A DNA stretch of 38,384 nt from an uncultured Campylobacterales bacterium (GTDB lineage: Bacteria; Campylobacterota; Campylobacteria; Campylobacterales; CAZXTK01). Location: positions 1 to 38,384 of the forward strand of contig CAZXTK010000001.1 of assembly GCA_964643665.1 (NCBI GenBank). The letters are read 5' to 3'. Position numbers and translations under genes: made by a program. Positions 36,486 to 38,384 of this stretch are shown one piece after another (the first letter of the stretch is position 1; each line of letters opens with the position of its first letter). Below the pieces are notes generated by a model that was not told where the DNA came from, searched no databases, and saw nothing but the letters and a program-made list of their open reading frames with translations.

Positions 36486-38384
36486 TTATTGACAACCTAA
36501 ACATTCAATGCTTCTATCTACTACATCATTATTAACTTCTGGTGATTGACTTCTCAAATAATAAGTAGACTTTAAACCTAAATCCCAAGCTAACATATAT
36601 ATATTATTTAAGTATTTGCCACTTGCTTTTTGTAAATCAATAAATATATTTAAACTCTGACCTTGATCAATCCATTTTTGTCTTATTGCGGCTGCTTTTA
36701 TTAGTTGTAATTGATCAATTTCATAAGCTGATGTATAGTATTTCCAATTAGATGCATTTAACTTTGGAACGACAACAGGGATTAATCCACTTAAATTTTC
36801 CTCAAACCATTTTTTCTTATAAATAGGCTCAATCGTTTGTGTTGTTCCTACTAAAATAGATATAGAGCTTGTAGGTGCAATAGCCATTAAATAACCATTT
36901 CTAATGCCTTTTTTAGCCTCTTCTCTAAGCTCTTTCCAATCATATTGATCATCAAATAAGGTTTTATCTATTATTTTATCTATTTTAATATTTTGATAAT
37001 CATGTGGCATAATTCCCTTAGACCACATAGAGCCTTTAAACTCTGGATAAGAGCCTTTTTCTTTTGCTAGCTTGCAACTTGCTTTAATAGTGTTGTAGCT
37101 TATAATTTCCATAATTTCATTCATTTTATGAAAATGCTCATCACTACCAAAATGTATTCCTTGCTCTGCTAACATTTGAGCCTCACCCATAATACCCAAA
37201 CCAATAGATCTTGTCTGTAAATTAGTTACTTTTACCTTTCTTAATGGATAAAAATTTAAATCAACAACATTATCAAGCAATCTTACGGCAATTGGTATTA
37301 GTTTTTCCATCTCTTCTTTTGTATTTAATCTACTTAAATTTATAGATGCTAAATTACAAACTGCTGTTTTTCCATCTATTTTTATTTTGGAGCATAAAAA
37401 TACTTTTTTGCCATTTATGCTATCAAGAGATGTAATTTTATTTGCTTTTTTTATAATAAATCCATCTTGTGAATCAATTTTAACTTCTTCATATTCTTCA
37501 AAATAATCAAAACTTCCATTTTCGTATTCTATTTTTATTTTATAATGGTTTGGCTCTGTGTTTTGAAATATTTCTGTGCATAAATTACTACTTCTAATAA
37601 ACCCTGCATGATTATTTGGGTTAGCTTTATTTGCATTATCTTTAAAGCATAAAAATGGGGAGCCACTTTCATAATAAGATGTTAATATCTTTTTCCATAA
37701 ATCTTTTGCTCTTATTTTTTCTTTATTTATACTATCATCATTTTCGTATTCAATATATCTTTTATTAAATTTTTCACCATATAAAGTATGTAAATCATTA
37801 ACTTCATAGGGGTCAAATAAAGTCCAATAACTATCTTCTTTTATTCTTTGCATAAATAAATCATTTATCCACAAAGCAGGGAACAAATCATGTGTTCGTC
37901 TTCGCTCTTCTCCACTGTTTTTCTTTAAGTCCAGAAAAGATTCAACATCTTTATGCCAAGGCTCAATATACACAGAAATAGCGCCCTTTCTAGTGCCTAA
38001 TTGATCAACTGCTAATGCAATATCATTTGTTATTTTTAAAAATGGAACAATTCCTCCAGCTGCACCTTTATGATTGTCAATAAAACTACCAATTGATCTA
38101 ATATTATTATAATCCCAGCCTATTCCACCACCGTATTTTGATAAAAGTCCCATTTCTTTGTAACTATCAAAAATACCTTCTATATTATCAGGCGATGAGC
38201 CTATATAACAACTACTTAATTGATGTCTTGTTGTTCTTGCATTTGATAATGTTGGGGTGGCAAGCATAACTTTAAATCGTGAAATTAAATTATAAAAATC
38301 TTTTGCACATTGCTGTTTGTTTTTTTCATTTTGTGCCAAAAACATAGCAATACCCATAAACATATGTTGAGGAAGTTCTATTGG
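36486..38384 (-). CDS. nrdA: Class Ia ribonucleotide reductase alpha subunit. It is partial, with the N-terminus outside the window.
   Basis: The motifs are SSCYIG, SNLCTEI and a C-terminal CLGCQ redox pair. The frame stays open upstream of the track's Met (38363) to the window edge, reading PIELPQHMFMGIAM. Confidence 0.92.
   Translation of the reverse strand, partial: PIELPQHMFMGIAMFLAQNEKNKQQCAKDFYNLISRFKVMLATPTLSNARTTRHQLSSCYIGSSPDNIEGIFDSYKEMGLLSKYGGGIGWDYNNIRSIGSFIDNHKGAAGGIVPFLKITNDIALAVDQLGTRKGAISVYIEPWHKDVESFLDLKKNSGEERRRTHDLFPALWINDLFMQRIKEDSYWTLFDPYEVNDLHTLYGEKFNKRYIEYENDDSINKEKIRAKDLWKKILTSYYESGSPFLCFKDNANKANPNNHAGFIRSSNLCTEIFQNTEPNHYKIKIEYENGSFDYFEEYEEVKIDSQDGFIIKKANKITSLDSINGKKVFLCSKIKIDGKTAVCNLASINLSRLNTKEEMEKLIPIAVRLLDNVVDLNFYPLRKVKVTNLQTRSIGLGIMGEAQMLAEQGIHFGSDEHFHKMNEIMEIISYNTIKASCKLAKEKGSYPEFKGSMWSKGIMPHDYQNIKIDKIIDKTLFDDQYDWKELREEAKKGIRNGYLMAIAPTSSISILVGTTQTIEPIYKKKWFEENLSGLIPVVVPKLNASNWKYYTSAYEIDQLQLIKAAAIRQKWIDQGQSLNIFIDLQKASGKYLNNIYMLAWDLGLKSTYYLRSQSPEVNNDVVDRSIECLGCQ

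Noticed and set aside
37365-37562. The NrdA insertion as an intein.
   Set aside because: At about 50-55 extra residues it is far too short. It lacks an N-terminal Cys/Ser splice junction, block B TxxH and a C-terminal HN-C/S/T.
1-38384. Phase-variable homopolymeric G/C tracts of the Campylobacter/Helicobacter contingency-locus type, tRNA or rRNA genes, IS elements and integrases.
   Set aside because: Scanning by eye, I found no G or C run longer than about 5 nt (the longest is CCCCC near 18851). I also found no tRNA-like GC-rich cloverleaf segments and no transposase or integrase ORFs. Long A/T runs are common but are expected at this base composition.

Overview
The window is strongly AT-rich and looks like a Campylobacterota (epsilonproteobacterial) chromosome. 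The supporting gene content is ksgA next to an RNase J with a Lys/Asn-rich N-terminal extension, plus HemJ, GluRS, RlmN and class Ia RNR. Positions 17.5-38.4 kb are ordinary, tightly packed housekeeping genes: hemJ, pseudouridine synthases, rnj, rsmA/ksgA, a ttcA-like gene, hisF, rlmN, gltX, hom, rpmE, dCMP deaminase, nrdB and nrdA.

The main finding is in the left 39% of the window (1..15080). The supplied ORF track shows only short plus-strand ORFs there, but the minus strand is one uninterrupted reading frame. It starts at ATG 15080 and runs off the window edge, giving 5,026 codons in the window with no stop. That missing stop is why the track omits it.

This ORF encodes a giant repetitive surface protein with four parts:
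- a lipoprotein-type signal peptide;
- about 350 aa of beta-rich N-terminal domains;
- about 1,800 aa made of 20 or more degenerate helical modules that look like GA/FIVAR modules;
- at least 24 Ig-like repeats of 105-127 aa with very regular D-T-x-x-P boundaries and many N-x-S/T sequons.

Its ATG directly abuts, in the same frame, the TAG stop of an upstream gene for a tandem-SH3b plus 8-stranded outer-membrane beta-barrel protein. A REC-like/PAS/coiled-coil regulator is transcribed divergently 100 bp away. I read these three genes as one candidate giant-adhesin, anchor and regulator locus.

Other notable structure:
- a perfect 317-bp tandem duplication across the ksgA-rnj junction, bounded by a 9-bp microhomology;
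- a 20-nt palindrome (AATGTTCC-TCGT-GGAACATT) present four times at gene ends around gltX;
- a GC-richer core of about 280 bp in a 620-bp convergent intergenic gap, which may be an ncRNA or an element remnant.

I found no CRISPR array, tRNA or rRNA gene, or recognisable IS element.
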